A stretch of DNA of 64,000 nucleotides from assembly GCA_047635375.1 (NCBI GenBank), contig JBLIKP010000001.1, positions 7,115 to 71,114 on the forward strand, read 5' to 3'. Below are positions 9,773 through 18,786 of the stretch, in pieces. Below the pieces are notes generated by a model. It was not told the DNA's origin and made no database searches. It worked only from the letters and a program-made list of their open reading frames with translations. The position numbers and the translations under genes are program-made. The DNA is from Sphingobacteriales bacterium (GTDB lineage Bacteria > Bacteroidota > Bacteroidia > Sphingobacteriales > Sphingobacteriaceae). The first letter of the stretch is position 1, and every line of letters begins with the position of its first letter.

Positions 9773-12700
9773 ATGACAAGAAATTTATTCTCTGCATTAC
9801 TACTATGCATTTTTTCTGTTTCGTTTGCTTTAGCGCAGACGGGATCAGGAGAAATTCGTGGTACTATTACTGATGCGACCACGGGTGAGCCAATTCCATT
9901 TGCAAACATTATTGCAGAAAAGAACGGTGTTCAAGAAGGGGGCGCAAGTACTGACTTTGATGGTAAGTACTCGATTAAACCAATTGGAGCTGGTAAGTAT
10001 GATGTGAAAGTATCATATGTTGGTTATAAAATATTCATAACAACAGGTGTTGTAGTTTCATCAAATAAAACAACTTACTTGGACCCAAAGCTTTCTGCTG
10101 GGGTTCAATTGGATGAGGTTGAGATTGTATCTTATACTAAACCTTTATTGGAAAAAGACAATACCACAGTAGGGGGGACAGTTACTGCCGCAGAAATCGC
10201 AAAGCTTCCAACTAGAAATGTTAACTCCGTTGCTTCAACAACCGCTGGTATTTACCAGGCTGATGAAGGTGGAGGTTTAAATGTTCGTGGTTCTAGATCC
10301 GATGCAACTCAATACTATATTGATGGGATTCGTGTAATTGGTGGTTCAAACTCTATTCCTCAGTCGGCGATTGAGGAATTATCTGTTATTACTGGTGGTG
10401 TTCCTGCTCAATATGGTGACGTTACAGGTGGGGTTGTCTCTATTACTACAAAAGGACCATCTAGAACATACTTTGGAGGTGCTGAAGTAGTTACCTCACA
10501 ATTTTTAGATCCTTATGGATATAACTTGGCAGATGTAAGTGTTTCTGGTCCGCTATTGAAAAAGAACAAAGGAACGGATGCTGAAGCATCAGTTTTGGGC
10601 TTCTTTATTTCAACCCAAGTAAGTTTGCAACAAGATCCTAGCCCTTCGGCTTTAGGTTACTATAAAGTAAAAGATGAGGTTTTGGCTGATTTAGAGGCAA
10701 ATCCTTTACGACCAACATCGGGTGGTGGTACTCAGTTAAATGCTGAATACTTAAGAGCTGATGACTTACAAAAAATTGATGCTAAAAGAGAGTCTGAAAA
10801 TTTAGAAGGCTCTATTGCTGGAAAAATTGACTTTCAACCTAGAAAAAACGTGAATTTCACAGTGGGTGGTTCTGGTCGTTACTTTAAAGGACGTCAATAT
10901 ATTTACGATTACTCGTTATTGAACTTCAAAAACAATCCTGAGCAAATTAAAACAGATTATCGTGTATATGGTAGATTTACTCAGAAGTTTAAAAATAATG
11001 AAGAATCTGGATCTTCATCTTCATTAATAAAAAACGCATTCTATCAAATTCAGGCAGATTTCTCAAAAAGCGAGGATATTCGTCAGCATAATACTCACAA
11101 GGACAATCTTTGGGATTATGGTTATGTAGGTAAATTTGAAACGTACCGTCAACCTATATATGAATACAGAACCGATTCTGTAGTTGATAATGGTGAAAAA
11201 AAGGAAATTACAGCTTTCTTCCAAACAGGTATTCAAGATACTTTGGTTGAATTTAGCCGCCGCGAGGTAAACCCACTTCTTGCTAACTACACAAGTCAAG
11301 TTTATGACTTCATAGGTGATAATAACAACCAAAAAAGAACAAATCAACAAATTGTTCAAAATGGGGCTTTGTTAAATGGAGGTAACCCACAACACGTGTA
11401 TAGCCTTTGGTTTAACACAGGAAGAAATGTTCCAGGTTATAATGAAAGTGACGACTCACAATTTAGACTTTCTGCTTCAGCGTCAGCTGATATAAAAGAT
11501 CATGCAATTAAATTTGGTATTGAATACGAGCAAAGAATTGAGCGTTCATACGGGATTTCCCCACAAGCACTTTGGGGACTTGCCCGTCAATTAACCAATA
11601 AGCATATCACTACCCTTGATACAGATGCAGAGGATGCAATCCTTGTTAAGGATGAAAACGGAAATTTCCAAGGTATAGTAAATTATAATCGCCGAATTGT
11701 TGCTAGTGAACAAGCTGAATTTGATAAAAACTTGAGAGCCGCACTTGGTGTTTCTCCAACGGAATTTATTGACATTGACGCATTAGACCCTAGCACTTTT
11801 GCAGTAAATATGTTCTCTGCCGATGAGCTATTAAATAATGGTAGCAGATTGGTTGGATATACAGGTTATACCTTCGATGGAATAAAGACTACGAATAATA
11901 TTGATTATTTTGATTTCTTCGAGGATAAGGTTAATCGCCCCATAGCCCCTTGGAGCCCAATTTATACTGCCGGTTATATTCAGGACAAATTTTCATTCCG
12001 CGATTTAATTTTTAACGTTGGGGTTCGTGTTGATAGATTCGACGCTAACACTAAAGTGTTAAAGGATAGGTTTTCTCTATACGATGTAAGAACAGCTGGT
12101 GAAGTTGCTGGTTCTCTTAACTCAGCGAATGGTGGTATTCACCCAGCTAATATTGGTGCTGATTATGTAGTATATGTAGATGACCCATTAAATCCATCTA
12201 AAGTTTTAGGTTATCGTTCTGGGCAAGTGTTTTTTGATGCTGCCGGTACAGAACGCGCTGATCCAACTCCTTTAAGATCAACAATCACAAACGTTGTAAC
12301 ACCATACTTATCTGATGACGTTCAAGTTAATTCATCAAATGGTTCGCTAGAGTTAAGCCGTGCTTCTTTTAAAGATTATGAGCCTCAACTTACAATCATG
12401 CCACGTATTGCTTTCTCATTCCCGATTTCGGATGAGGCGGTTTTCTTTGCTAACTATGATGTATTAGCGCAAAGACCTCGTGGAAGTAACGTTACTCTGC
12501 CTTATGATTATTTCTTCCTTGCCTCAGGTGCAATTGGAAGAGTTAATAATCCAGATCTTAAACCAGAGAAGACTACAAACTACCAGTTAGGTTTTAAGCA
12601 AAAATTAAGCAACTCATCTGCAATGACATTAACATCATTCTATCGTGAGTTGAAAGACAACATTCAATTAATTAACGTTTCTTTTGCTTATCCAGTTAAT

Positions 12701-13435
12701 TATAACACATACGATAACGTCGATTTTGGTACTTCAAAAGGATTTACTGTTCAGTATGACCTTCGTAGAACTAACAACATTCGAATTAACGCGAGTTACA
12801 CACTTTCCTTCGCTGAAGGAACTGGGTCAAGCTCGACAAGTGCAGGTAACCTAATTGCATTAGGCCAGCCTAACTTGAGAATTCCAACGGCACTAAGTTT
12901 TGATCAACGCCATAACATCGTAACAACATTTGATTACAGATATGGTGCTGGAAGAGAATACGACGGACCTGAATCGCTTAGAGGATTACTTGAAACATTC
13001 GGTGCTAACTTGATTTTCCGTGTGGGTTCAGGAACTCCATTTACAAAGCAATCAAATTACCTAAGAAATGCTGAGATTGGCGGTGGAGATCAACGATTAA
13101 GATCGCTTGAAGGCTCGATTAACGGTTCACGTTTGCCATGGCAATTCAAGGTTGATTTACGTCTAGATCGTGACATCAACATTGGAGACAATGGAAATAT
13201 GAACGTTTACCTGCTGGTTCAAAACGTTACAAATGCCAAAAACATAACAAATGTGTATAGAGCAACAGGTAACCCTGATGATGATGGATTCCTAACTTCA
13301 AACTTAGGTGAGGAGTTCGTTTCAAATACTACAAACCCACAATCCTATTTGGACTTGTACTCCGCAAAAATGGATAATCCAGCGTTTTACACGCTTCCAA
13401 GAATTATCCGTGTAGGTTTACAATACAGTTTTTAA
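9773..13435 (+). CDS. very large TonB-dependent-receptor-like outer-membrane protein (carboxypeptidase-regulatory-like domain + plug + long barrel)
   Basis: 1220 aa. Signal peptide MTRNLFSALLLCIFSVSFALAQ. The GEIRGTITDATTGEPIPFANI...GKYDVKVSYVGY segment is a CarboxypepD_reg-like sandwich. LDEVEIVSY resembles a TonB box. Plug motifs include NVRGSRS...YYIDGIRV...GGVPAQYGDVTGGVVSITTK. The C-terminus ...RVGLQYSF is typical of a barrel terminus. Confidence 0.8.
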   Translation: MTRNLFSALLLCIFSVSFALAQTGSGEIRGTITDATTGEPIPFANIIAEKNGVQEGGASTDFDGKYSIKPIGAGKYDVKVSYVGYKIFITTGVVVSSNKTTYLDPKLSAGVQLDEVEIVSYTKPLLEKDNTTVGGTVTAAEIAKLPTRNVNSVASTTAGIYQADEGGGLNVRGSRSDATQYYIDGIRVIGGSNSIPQSAIEELSVITGGVPAQYGDVTGGVVSITTKGPSRTYFGGAEVVTSQFLDPYGYNLADVSVSGPLLKKNKGTDAEASVLGFFISTQVSLQQDPSPSALGYYKVKDEVLADLEANPLRPTSGGGTQLNAEYLRADDLQKIDAKRESENLEGSIAGKIDFQPRKNVNFTVGGSGRYFKGRQYIYDYSLLNFKNNPEQIKTDYRVYGRFTQKFKNNEESGSSSSLIKNAFYQIQADFSKSEDIRQHNTHKDNLWDYGYVGKFETYRQPIYEYRTDSVVDNGEKKEITAFFQTGIQDTLVEFSRREVNPLLANYTSQVYDFIGDNNNQKRTNQQIVQNGALLNGGNPQHVYSLWFNTGRNVPGYNESDDSQFRLSASASADIKDHAIKFGIEYEQRIERSYGISPQALWGLARQLTNKHITTLDTDAEDAILVKDENGNFQGIVNYNRRIVASEQAEFDKNLRAALGVSPTEFIDIDALDPSTFAVNMFSADELLNNGSRLVGYTGYTFDGIKTTNNIDYFDFFEDKVNRPIAPWSPIYTAGYIQDKFSFRDLIFNVGVRVDRFDANTKVLKDRFSLYDVRTAGEVAGSLNSANGGIHPANIGADYVVYVDDPLNPSKVLGYRSGQVFFDAAGTERADPTPLRSTITNVVTPYLSDDVQVNSSNGSLELSRASFKDYEPQLTIMPRIAFSFPISDEAVFFANYDVLAQRPRGSNVTLPYDYFFLASGAIGRVNNPDLKPEKTTNYQLGFKQKLSNSSAMTLTSFYRELKDNIQLINVSFAYPVNYNTYDNVDFGTSKGFTVQYDLRRTNNIRINASYTLSFAEGTGSSSTSAGNLIALGQPNLRIPTALSFDQRHNIVTTFDYRYGAGREYDGPESLRGLLETFGANLIFRVGSGTPFTKQSNYLRNAEIGGGDQRLRSLEGSINGSRLPWQFKVDLRLDRDINIGDNGNMNVYLLVQNVTNAKNITNVYRATGNPDDDGFLTSNLGEEFVSNTTNPQSYLDLYSAKMDNPAFYTLPRIIRVGLQYSF

Positions 13436-13456
13436 GAAAAAATTAAAGTGTATATA

Positions 13457-16400
13457 ATGAATAGCATTCAATTTAAAAAAATACCTTTTGTTTTAGCAGG
13501 GTTAATGCTGCTTTCAACAGCCTCTATGGCAGAGAAAGACGTAAACCGCAAATCAAAACCAAATGTTAATTCATCTCCGGGTAAGGTGGCAAATAATTGT
13601 AGTACGCCATTGGCCCAATTGGATTTGGATATAAATAACGTTAGAACAACCCTGCTGACGGGCGGAGATCTTTGGTGGGATCGCTCAACAGCTAGATACG
13701 AAATTCCTAAAGTTGAACCTGGATCAGGTGAAACCTCAAGAAATTCTTTGTTCGCTGGAGCCTTATGGTTTGGTGGTGTTGATGCTGGTGGAAACTTAAA
13801 AGTTGCCGCAGCTACTTATGGTCAAGGTGGAAAAGATTTCTGGCCTGGACCATTAACTACCTCTGCCGCATCTACAAATGCAGATATTTGTGCACAATAT
13901 GATAAGCTTTGGAAAGTCAACCGTTCCGAAATCGATACGTTTATTGCAAACTACGATAAGGATGGGTACAAAATTCCAGAATCTATTGAAACATGGCCAG
14001 GAAATGGTGATCAGTCGCTAGGACATGCTAAGAACTTAGCTCCTTTTCACGATGAAGATGGTGATGGTTTGTATAATCCAGCAGCTGGAGATTACCCTGA
14101 AATCTCAGGGGATCAGGCGCTTTGGTGGGTATATAATGATAAAGGAAATGTTCACTCAGAATTTGGTGGAGACCCAATTGGACTTGAAGTGCAAGTTCTG
14201 GCCTTTGGTTTTGCCACCAATGACGAACGAAATAACATGACTTTTTACAAGTATCGTGTAATTAACCGTTCTCCAAACTCTTCCTTAGACTCAACTGTTT
14301 TCGGACAATGGGTTGATCCTGATTTAGGGTTCGCCTTTGATGATTATGTTCAATGTGATGTTGATCGCTCATTGGGTATTTGTTTTAACGGAGATGATTT
14401 GGATGAGAATTCAAATGGTTATGGTTTAAACCCTCCATCTATCGGAGTTGACTTTTTCCAAGGTCCACTTGCAGATGAGAATGATGGTATAGATAACAAC
14501 CGTGATGGTGTTATTGATGAGCTAGGAGAAACAATTATCATGTCTAAATTTGTTTACTATAACAATACTAGTGATCCAGTAAACGGAAACCCAAGTACAG
14601 ACAATGATATCTACAACTATCTTAATGGTGTTTGGAGAAATGGTCAAAGGATTACTTATGGAGGAAACGGAACAACAGCAGGTGGTGATCCAGCTGACTT
14701 TATGTTCCCTGGAACAACAGATCCAAACGGACGTCCTCAATGGACTGAAATCACAGAAGGTAACACTCCTGAAGATAGAAGATTTTTACAAACCGCTGGT
14801 CCTTTTACATTGAAGCCGGGTGCTGTAAATGAAATTATTGTAGGAGTTGTTTGGGCGAGAGCATCAAGCGGAGGATCAACTGGTTCTTTCGACGTGCTAA
14901 GAAAAGCCGACGATAAAGCGCAAATTTTATTCTTTAACGATTTTAAATTAATTGATGGACCAACAGCACCAGATTTGAAAGGTGTTGAATTAGACCGTGA
15001 AATAATTTTAGTATTAGATAACACTGAAGGTACCGAAGGGTATATTGATTCAATTAAGAATAAAAATGGTATAAATATTAACTTTAAGTTCCAGGGATAC
15101 CAAGTTTATCAATTAGCAAACTCTACTGTTACCGCTGGAGACTTGGAAGATGTTACTAAAGCTAGGTTAATCTGGCAATCTGATATTCAAGATGGAATTG
15201 GAAGAATTGTAAACTTTGAGGATGACCCTAAATTACCAGAAGATATTCCAGTAATTAAAGTTGAAGGTCAAGACCAAGGAATTGAGCATACTCTCCAATT
15301 AAAGCAAGATATTTTTGCAACGGGGGATAATAAATTAGTGAATCATAAGCCGTACTATTTCTTGGTGATTTCTTATGCATTTACCGATGATTCAAATTTT
15401 GAACAACCCTATTTAGCTGGTCGTCGAGTTTCAACAATGACCGCTATTCCTCATAAATCTAATCCTCAAAATGGTGGAACGGTTATAAATTCTACTTATG
15501 GCGATGGAGTTCAAATTACTCGTATCGAAGGATTAGGAAATGGCGGGAATGTTTTAGACTTAACAGCGGAAATGGAGGCTCAAATTATGTCAGGAGCGCC
15601 ACATTCAGTTTTGAACCCTGTTTATAATTTAGGGAAAGGTCCTTTGGGAGTTTCAGTTTATAACCCTGTAAATGTACCAGGTGGAAATTTCGATTTTAAA
15701 TTGGAAAGCACTCTTGATAATTGGACAATCACAAGTGAATCAACAAATAAAGTTGTTTCAAACGCATCTGCCTTAGACACTGGTGTTTCTGAGAAAATAT
15801 TAAGTGGTGCAGATTTTGATTGGGGATTAGTTGCAAAACTTAAAAATGTAAACAATCCAGGAATTAAGGCTAGTGCTCAAAATAGCAATTCATTCCTTGA
15901 GGCATCAGTAGCGTTTAATGATCCAACTCAACAATGGTTGACGTTCTTACCTGATATTGAGTTTACACCTTTTAACTGGTTAACATCAGAGCCTGACCCT
16001 GCACGTGGCACACCAGATAATAGACAAGATCCTTTAGGAGCTTATTTAAATGTTTTAAGTGGTACATGGGGCCCATTAAAATTAGCATCAAACAATGTTG
16101 ATTTTGGGCCACAGGTTAAACCGAGTTTCGCATCCTTTATCAGAAATGACCTTTACGAAACAATGAAAAGTGTGGATGTAGTATTTACTGCAGACCAATC
16201 TTTGTGGACTCGTTGTGTTGTTATTGAAACAGGTGGAGATCCAAATCTTTCTGAAGGAAATGCTGAGAAATGGCAACTTCGTAAACGTACATCAGTTAAA
16301 AAAGACGGTACTCCAGATGCTACGGCAGGTGAAGGTTTAGGCTGGTTCCCAGGCTACGCCATTGATGTAGAGAGTGGAAAGCGGCTAAACGTTGTTTTCG

Positions 16401-17155
16401 GCGAGGATAGCTGGTTGAAATCTGAAAATGGTGGTGACATGTTGTTTAATCCGACAGCCAATATAACTCGTGGCCCTGGTGGAAATGGATTTGACAATTT
16501 TGTAAACGGTGGTAAGCACTACCTTTATGTCCACAACTCTACTTACGATGAAGGTGCCGCTGCAAAACAAATTTTAGTTGATTACTGGGATGACAATGGC
16601 AGTAAAAATCCATTAAAAAATTACTTAGGTCAAATGGGATGGATGTCCATTCCTTTAGCAACAGGAAATGCAGCATTTTTAGCTACAGACATAAGGGTTA
16701 GATTAAGAGTTGGAAGAACTTATGCTAAGGAAGATGCAGGAACTAAAACGTTCCAAAATGGCGGTTATCCATTGTTTAAGTTTAGTACTGACGCAATTGC
16801 ATCAAGTACAAATAATTTTGAAGCAGCTAAATCAGCATTAAGCTTGGTAAACATTGTTCCTAACCCATATTTTGCATTTTCAACTTACGAAAACAACCAG
16901 GTTGATAACAGGATTAAGTTTACAAACTTGCCAAAAAGAGCAACGATTTCTATTTATACATTAAGCGGAAGTTTAGTAAGAAGATTAGAAAAAGATTCTG
17001 ATGGACTTACTTCCTTGGATTGGGATTTAAAAAATAGTTCAAGAGTTCCAATCGCAAGTGGTATGTACCTTATTCATGTTGACGGAAAAGAATTGGGAGA
17101 AAGAACCCTTAAATGGTTTGGTGTAATGCGTCCAATTGATCTTGATACATTCTAA
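13457..17155 (+). CDS. large secreted protein of unknown family with a T9SS type-A-like C-terminal sorting domain
   Basis: The ORF-track entry starts at GTG 13448; I prefer ATG 13457 (MNSIQFKKIPFVLAGLMLLSTASMA, an SPI-type signal with no lipobox Cys). I can name no domain across roughly 1,100 aa. The C-terminus has CTD motifs: IVPNPYF, ATISIYTLSGSLVRRL and ASGMYLIHVDGKELGERTLKWFGV. Confidence 0.75.
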   Translation: MNSIQFKKIPFVLAGLMLLSTASMAEKDVNRKSKPNVNSSPGKVANNCSTPLAQLDLDINNVRTTLLTGGDLWWDRSTARYEIPKVEPGSGETSRNSLFAGALWFGGVDAGGNLKVAAATYGQGGKDFWPGPLTTSAASTNADICAQYDKLWKVNRSEIDTFIANYDKDGYKIPESIETWPGNGDQSLGHAKNLAPFHDEDGDGLYNPAAGDYPEISGDQALWWVYNDKGNVHSEFGGDPIGLEVQVLAFGFATNDERNNMTFYKYRVINRSPNSSLDSTVFGQWVDPDLGFAFDDYVQCDVDRSLGICFNGDDLDENSNGYGLNPPSIGVDFFQGPLADENDGIDNNRDGVIDELGETIIMSKFVYYNNTSDPVNGNPSTDNDIYNYLNGVWRNGQRITYGGNGTTAGGDPADFMFPGTTDPNGRPQWTEITEGNTPEDRRFLQTAGPFTLKPGAVNEIIVGVVWARASSGGSTGSFDVLRKADDKAQILFFNDFKLIDGPTAPDLKGVELDREIILVLDNTEGTEGYIDSIKNKNGININFKFQGYQVYQLANSTVTAGDLEDVTKARLIWQSDIQDGIGRIVNFEDDPKLPEDIPVIKVEGQDQGIEHTLQLKQDIFATGDNKLVNHKPYYFLVISYAFTDDSNFEQPYLAGRRVSTMTAIPHKSNPQNGGTVINSTYGDGVQITRIEGLGNGGNVLDLTAEMEAQIMSGAPHSVLNPVYNLGKGPLGVSVYNPVNVPGGNFDFKLESTLDNWTITSESTNKVVSNASALDTGVSEKILSGADFDWGLVAKLKNVNNPGIKASAQNSNSFLEASVAFNDPTQQWLTFLPDIEFTPFNWLTSEPDPARGTPDNRQDPLGAYLNVLSGTWGPLKLASNNVDFGPQVKPSFASFIRNDLYETMKSVDVVFTADQSLWTRCVVIETGGDPNLSEGNAEKWQLRKRTSVKKDGTPDATAGEGLGWFPGYAIDVESGKRLNVVFGEDSWLKSENGGDMLFNPTANITRGPGGNGFDNFVNGGKHYLYVHNSTYDEGAAAKQILVDYWDDNGSKNPLKNYLGQMGWMSIPLATGNAAFLATDIRVRLRVGRTYAKEDAGTKTFQNGGYPLFKFSTDAIASSTNNFEAAKSALSLVNIVPNPYFAFSTYENNQVDNRIKFTNLPKRATISIYTLSGSLVRRLEKDSDGLTSLDWDLKNSSRVPIASGMYLIHVDGKELGERTLKWFGVMRPIDLDTF

Positions 17156-17182
17156 TTTTAAATCAGAAAGAAATTAATAACT

Positions 17183-18229
17183 ATGAAGAATATTTATAGG
17201 TTACTTACAATAACTGCCTTAGCCGGGTTAACCTTGACTTCAGCGAATGCTGGTAATAAGGAAAGAACCGCACAAAATGGTGGGAATGAATTATTAATTA
17301 ACCCATGGGCACGAAGCTCAGGATGGGGAGGGATTAATACAGCGTCCGTAAGAGGTTTGGAGTCAATCAACGGTAATATCGGTGGATTGGCCTTTACTAA
17401 AAAGACTGAAGTGATTTTTGCAAACACCAACTACTTGCAGGCAGCAGATATTTCAATCAATAATTTTGGGTTTGCCCAAAAAATCGGAGAAAGTGGAGTG
17501 CTAGCGGCCTCTGTTTTTTCTATGAATTTTGGAGATATTCCAATTACTAGGGAAGATCAACCAGAAGGTGGATTGGGTACTTATGCACCACAATTTATCA
17601 CCATTAATTTAGCTTATTCGAAAGAGTTCTCTAATAGTATTTATGGAGGTATTGTTGTGAAAGCAATTAATGAGAATATTGCTAACGTAAAAGCTTCAGG
17701 ATTCGCTATTGATGCAGGTATACAATATGTGGCTGGTTCTAGAAACCAGATGCAATTTGGAATTGCTTTGAGAAATGTTGGTCCGAAAATGAGTTTTTCT
17801 GGTGATGGGCTTTCTAAGCGTGTTATTTTTGACAACGGTGTTCCAGGAACTATCCAACAAAGAAGCCAAGCTTTTGAATTACCTTCATTAATGAATATTG
17901 GCGCGTCTTATGACTTTCAGCTTGCTGAAGACCATAGACTAACAACTGCGGGTAATTTTACCAGTAATTCATTTACTAGTGACCAATTTGGTTTAGGTGT
18001 TGAATATGGTTTTAAAAGTTACCTAATGGTTCGTGGAGGTTATAACTATGAATCAGACATCGAAAGTCAAGTGAATACTTTGAATTTATTCACTGGATTT
18101 AGCGCAGGTGCAACTTTTGAAATTCCATTAAGTGATAAAGGTTCTAACTTCGGAATCGATTATTCTTACCGCCCGACATACGTGTTTGGAGGTTCGCATA
18201 CCATCGGTGTCAGAATTGATTTGAACTAG
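17183..18229 (+). CDS. PorV/PorQ-family-like outer-membrane beta-barrel
   Basis: 348 aa. Signal peptide MKNIYRLLTITALAGLTLTSANA. The N-terminal GGNELLINPWARSSGWGGINTASVRGLESINGNIGGLAF resembles the G-x-x-FL-x-I-x-x-x-AR-x-x-G-x-G-G ... NPAGLA signature I recall for PorV/PorQ-type barrels. The rest shows the alternating amphipathic pattern of a beta-barrel. Confidence 0.55.
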   Translation: MKNIYRLLTITALAGLTLTSANAGNKERTAQNGGNELLINPWARSSGWGGINTASVRGLESINGNIGGLAFTKKTEVIFANTNYLQAADISINNFGFAQKIGESGVLAASVFSMNFGDIPITREDQPEGGLGTYAPQFITINLAYSKEFSNSIYGGIVVKAINENIANVKASGFAIDAGIQYVAGSRNQMQFGIALRNVGPKMSFSGDGLSKRVIFDNGVPGTIQQRSQAFELPSLMNIGASYDFQLAEDHRLTTAGNFTSNSFTSDQFGLGVEYGFKSYLMVRGGYNYESDIESQVNTLNLFTGFSAGATFEIPLSDKGSNFGIDYSYRPTYVFGGSHTIGVRIDLN

Positions 18230-18254
18230 TAATAAAAGATTTATAAATTTGTAT

Positions 18255-18292
18255 AGAAGGTTATTCCTAACGGGATAACCTTCTTCTTGTTT
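18255..18292 (+). terminator. rho-independent terminator ending the 9773-18229 operon
   Basis: 10-bp stem agaaggttat (18255-18264) / ataaccttct (18275-18284) with a 10-nt loop, followed by the T-rich tail tcttgttt. Confidence 0.7.
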
Positions 18293-18312
18293 AATCTACC
18301 AATAACAAAGAC

Positions 18313-18786
18313 ATGAGTGATTTTAATTATTTTACCAAAGAGGGACTTGATAAATTAAAAGCGGAAATCCGAGAACTTAAAACCAAAGGTCGGCCGGATA
18401 TGTCAAGGCAAATCGGCGAAGCTAGGGACAAAGGGGATTTATCGGAAAACGCCGAATATGACGCTGCAAAGAACGCTCAAGGGCTAATGGAGATGCGAAT
18501 TTCACAACTCGAAGGAGTTTTGGGTAAAGCTAGGCTAATTGACGAGTCCAAAATCGACACTACCAAAGTTTTGATTTTATCTAAGGTTAAAGTAAGAAAC
18601 CTAGGAAATGGAATCGAAACGGTTTATCAATTAGTAAGTGAAAAGGAAGCAGATCTAAAAACAGGTAGAATTTCAATTAAGTCCCCAGTTGCTAAAGGAT
18701 TATTAGGCAAGTCTGTAGGTGATAAAGCTGAGGTTCAAGCTCCAAATGGTAAAATGGAGTTTGAAGTATTAGAGATCTCAAGATAA
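18313..18786 (+). CDS. greA: transcription elongation factor GreA
   Basis: 157 aa. Has the N-terminal coiled coil with GDLSENAEYDAAK and the C-terminal globular domain. Confidence 0.95.
   Translation: MSDFNYFTKEGLDKLKAEIRELKTKGRPDMSRQIGEARDKGDLSENAEYDAAKNAQGLMEMRISQLEGVLGKARLIDESKIDTTKVLILSKVKVRNLGNGIETVYQLVSEKEADLKTGRISIKSPVAKGLLGKSVGDKAEVQAPNGKMEFEVLEISR

Noticed and set aside
13457-17155. Could the ~1,230-aa protein next to the PorV-like gene be PorU, the T9SS sortase? The size is similar and porU-porV are classically adjacent.
   Set aside because: I could not find the gingipain/C25-type catalytic His and Cys contexts or the N-terminal pattern I associate with PorU. The gene order also includes a TonB-type barrel, which is not part of the porU-porV unit. 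An HMM search is still worthwhile.
9773-17155. A SusC/SusD-type polysaccharide utilisation locus.
   Set aside because: The downstream protein is about 1,230 aa, has no lipoprotein Cys after its signal peptide, does not look like an all-helical SusD, and ends in a T9SS CTD. The locus contains no glycoside hydrolases or hybrid two-component/ECF regulators.
17183-18229. A PorP/SprF-family assignment for the 348-aa barrel.
   Set aside because: It lacks the N-terminal QDPxxSQY...NPA pattern I recall for PorP/SprF. The G-x-ELL-I-x-x-x-AR-x-x-G-W-G-G signature fits PorV/PorQ-type barrels better. A FadL-like family remains a possible alternative.
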